Assembly (NCBI GenBank): GCA_963727455.1
Contig: CAVSGG010000001.1
Span: 1-64,000 of the forward strand
Length of the DNA: 64,000 nt
Origin: Candidatus Krumholzibacteriota bacterium
GTDB taxonomy: Bacteria > Krumholzibacteriota > Krumholzibacteriia > JAJRXK01
Direction: 5' to 3'
A program made the position numbers and the translations under genes. Below are positions 62,499-64,000 of this stretch, piece by piece. The notes under the pieces were generated by a model. That model did not search any database. It worked only from the letters and a program-made list of their open reading frames with translations, and was not told where the DNA came from. Position 1 is the first letter of the stretch. Every line of letters begins with the position of its first letter.

Positions 62499-63686
62499 GT
62501 GATTTTGACAAGAGTTAAACTCTTGAATTACCGGAATTTGAGCAATCTCTCGCTGGAGTTTTCTCCCAAAATCAATATCTTCTTGGGACGGAATGGACAG
62601 GGAAAAACGAACCTGCTCGAAGCGCTCTCGTACCTGGCCATGGGCCGTTCCCACCGAGGCGCAAAGGACCGCGAGCTGATTCGTTTCGGCAGCGATCACC
62701 TTCATCTCAAAGTGGAAGGATGCGATCGAGAGGGCGAAGATTTCAGCCTGGAAGCCGCTCTCACGACGCAAGGCCAGAAGAGGATCAAGATCGACGGATC
62801 TACGATCGCGCGGAACACCGAGCTCGTAGGGCGCCTGTCGGCGGTACTCTTCCATCCCGATGAGATCGCTCTGGCAAAAGGAAGTCCGGAACACCGGAGG
62901 CGCTTCCTCGATCTCACGCTGAGTGTGGTTGAAGCCTCGTACTTTCAGAATCTGATGGGATACCGTCGAGCCCTGGCGCAGAAGAACCGTTTGCTGAAGG
63001 ATCGACAGTTTGCCACGGAACGGGAATTGGCGGTTTGGGACGCGGAACTGGTCCAGTACGGGACTCCCGTGATCCTCGTCCGCCGGCAGCTTTTGAGCGC
63101 TCTGGAACGCGCTTGCCAGGAGTCATATTCCGCCTTGGCTCCTGACGGCGGGAGCCTCAAAATGGAGCTGGTTCCGTCGTTTCGTCCCCGCAGTCTTCCC
63201 GAGGACGAGGGCGACGAAGCTGCCTTCTGGAGAACGGAATTTCTGCACGCCTTGGGCGAAGGAAGGGCCCGCGAGCGGAAGCTGGGATTCGCCCAGATCG
63301 GTCCCCACCGTGAGCGCCTCGAGCTGCGCCTTCAGGGAAGAGCGCTGCGACGTTTCGGCTCGCAGGGCGAGATGCGATCGGCCGCGATCGCGTTGAAGCT
63401 AGGACAGGCCGCGCTGATTTACGAGCGGACGAAAGAGCGGCCCGTCGTCCTGTTGGATGATATTTTTAGTGAGCTCGATCAGCAGCGGACCCGAGCTCTG
63501 CAGAGTCTGTTGCATCACGAGCATCAGCTTTTCATCGCCACCGCTCGGCTCGACGACGTGGTTGGGATGCGAGACTTCGAGGACTTGAAAGTCTGGCTCG
63601 TTCGCGAAGGGAAACTCGAGGCGATCGACGATTTGCAGAGTATGCAGAGCCACTTCGAGCCAGACAAACTCGAAGGGAATGAGTGA
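62499..63686 (+). CDS. recF: DNA replication/repair protein RecF
   Basis: GRNGQGKTNLLEA, RRRFLD, GPHRE, GSQGE, LLDDIFSELD. Confidence 0.96.
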   Translation: MILTRVKLLNYRNLSNLSLEFSPKINIFLGRNGQGKTNLLEALSYLAMGRSHRGAKDRELIRFGSDHLHLKVEGCDREGEDFSLEAALTTQGQKRIKIDGSTIARNTELVGRLSAVLFHPDEIALAKGSPEHRRRFLDLTLSVVEASYFQNLMGYRRALAQKNRLLKDRQFATERELAVWDAELVQYGTPVILVRRQLLSALERACQESYSALAPDGGSLKMELVPSFRPRSLPEDEGDEAAFWRTEFLHALGEGRARERKLGFAQIGPHRERLELRLQGRALRRFGSQGEMRSAAIALKLGQAALIYERTKERPVVLLDDIFSELDQQRTRALQSLLHHEHQLFIATARLDDVVGMRDFEDLKVWLVREGKLEAIDDLQSMQSHFEPDKLEGNE

Positions 63687-64000
63687 AGACGTGGGCACGA
63701 GGATCCAGAGTCTGAAAGAGCTGATGGAACAGGTTCTATCCAAGGGCCCTCTCCGGCAGGGACTGAAACAGCAGGAGATTCTCGCATCATGGAACGAGGT
63801 CGTGGGAAACGAAATCGCCAAACACAGCGAAGCGATCGCCCTCAAGGATGGAGTGCTGTGGGTGCGAACTGAGGGAAGCGTCTGGGCGCAGGAGCTGAGC
63901 TTGCTCGTGCCGCGAATCCGCGAGGAGTTCGAAAAGAGGCTGGGCCCTGGAAGCGTGCGCGACGTGCGCTTTCACACCGGCAGTAATTCCAGGCCTTTGT
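63679..64000 (+). CDS. DciA/DUF721 family protein (runs off the window edge)
   Basis: Manual translation ...ILASWNEVVGNEIAKHS...DGVLWV...SVWAQEL...VRDVRF; overlaps the recF stop. Confidence 0.85.
   Translation, partial: MSEDVGTRIQSLKELMEQVLSKGPLRQGLKQQEILASWNEVVGNEIAKHSEAIALKDGVLWVRTEGSVWAQELSLLVPRIREEFEKRLGPGSVRDVRFHTGSNSRPL

Overview
GC-rich bacterial chromosome segment containing the replication origin. The right third holds parB-parA-parS-rsmG-jag-yidC-yidD-rnpA-rpmH on the minus strand and dnaA-oriC-dnaN-recF-dciA on the plus strand. Housekeeping loci include a complete F0F1 ATP synthase operon headed by tRNA-Gln(TTG), a glyoxylate shunt with a long ICL2-type isocitrate lyase, an EmrAB-TolC efflux operon and two sigma/anti-sigma modules. 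Secreted proteins with FlgD-Ig/T9SS-like C-terminal domains suggest an FCB-related uncultured lineage such as Krumholzibacteriota, Eisenbacteria or Latescibacterota (inference only). Most notable: (1) a short C-terminal tail, [IV][PA]xxx[ST][SG]W[GS]xxK[SA]R[YF], on three unrelated signal-peptide proteins, a candidate uncharacterised sorting signal; (2) a three-gene cohesin/dockerin-like surface cluster using both tag types; (3) an in-frame MarR-signal peptide-TolC fusion with its own promoter and operator; (4) a CTD-tagged six-heme cytochrome; (5) three palindromes at an exact 34-bp period beside a membrane-tethered HTH gene; (6) a recurring 25-bp dyad motif and variant DnaA boxes around oriC. 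All family calls come from reading motifs by eye; no database searches were run.
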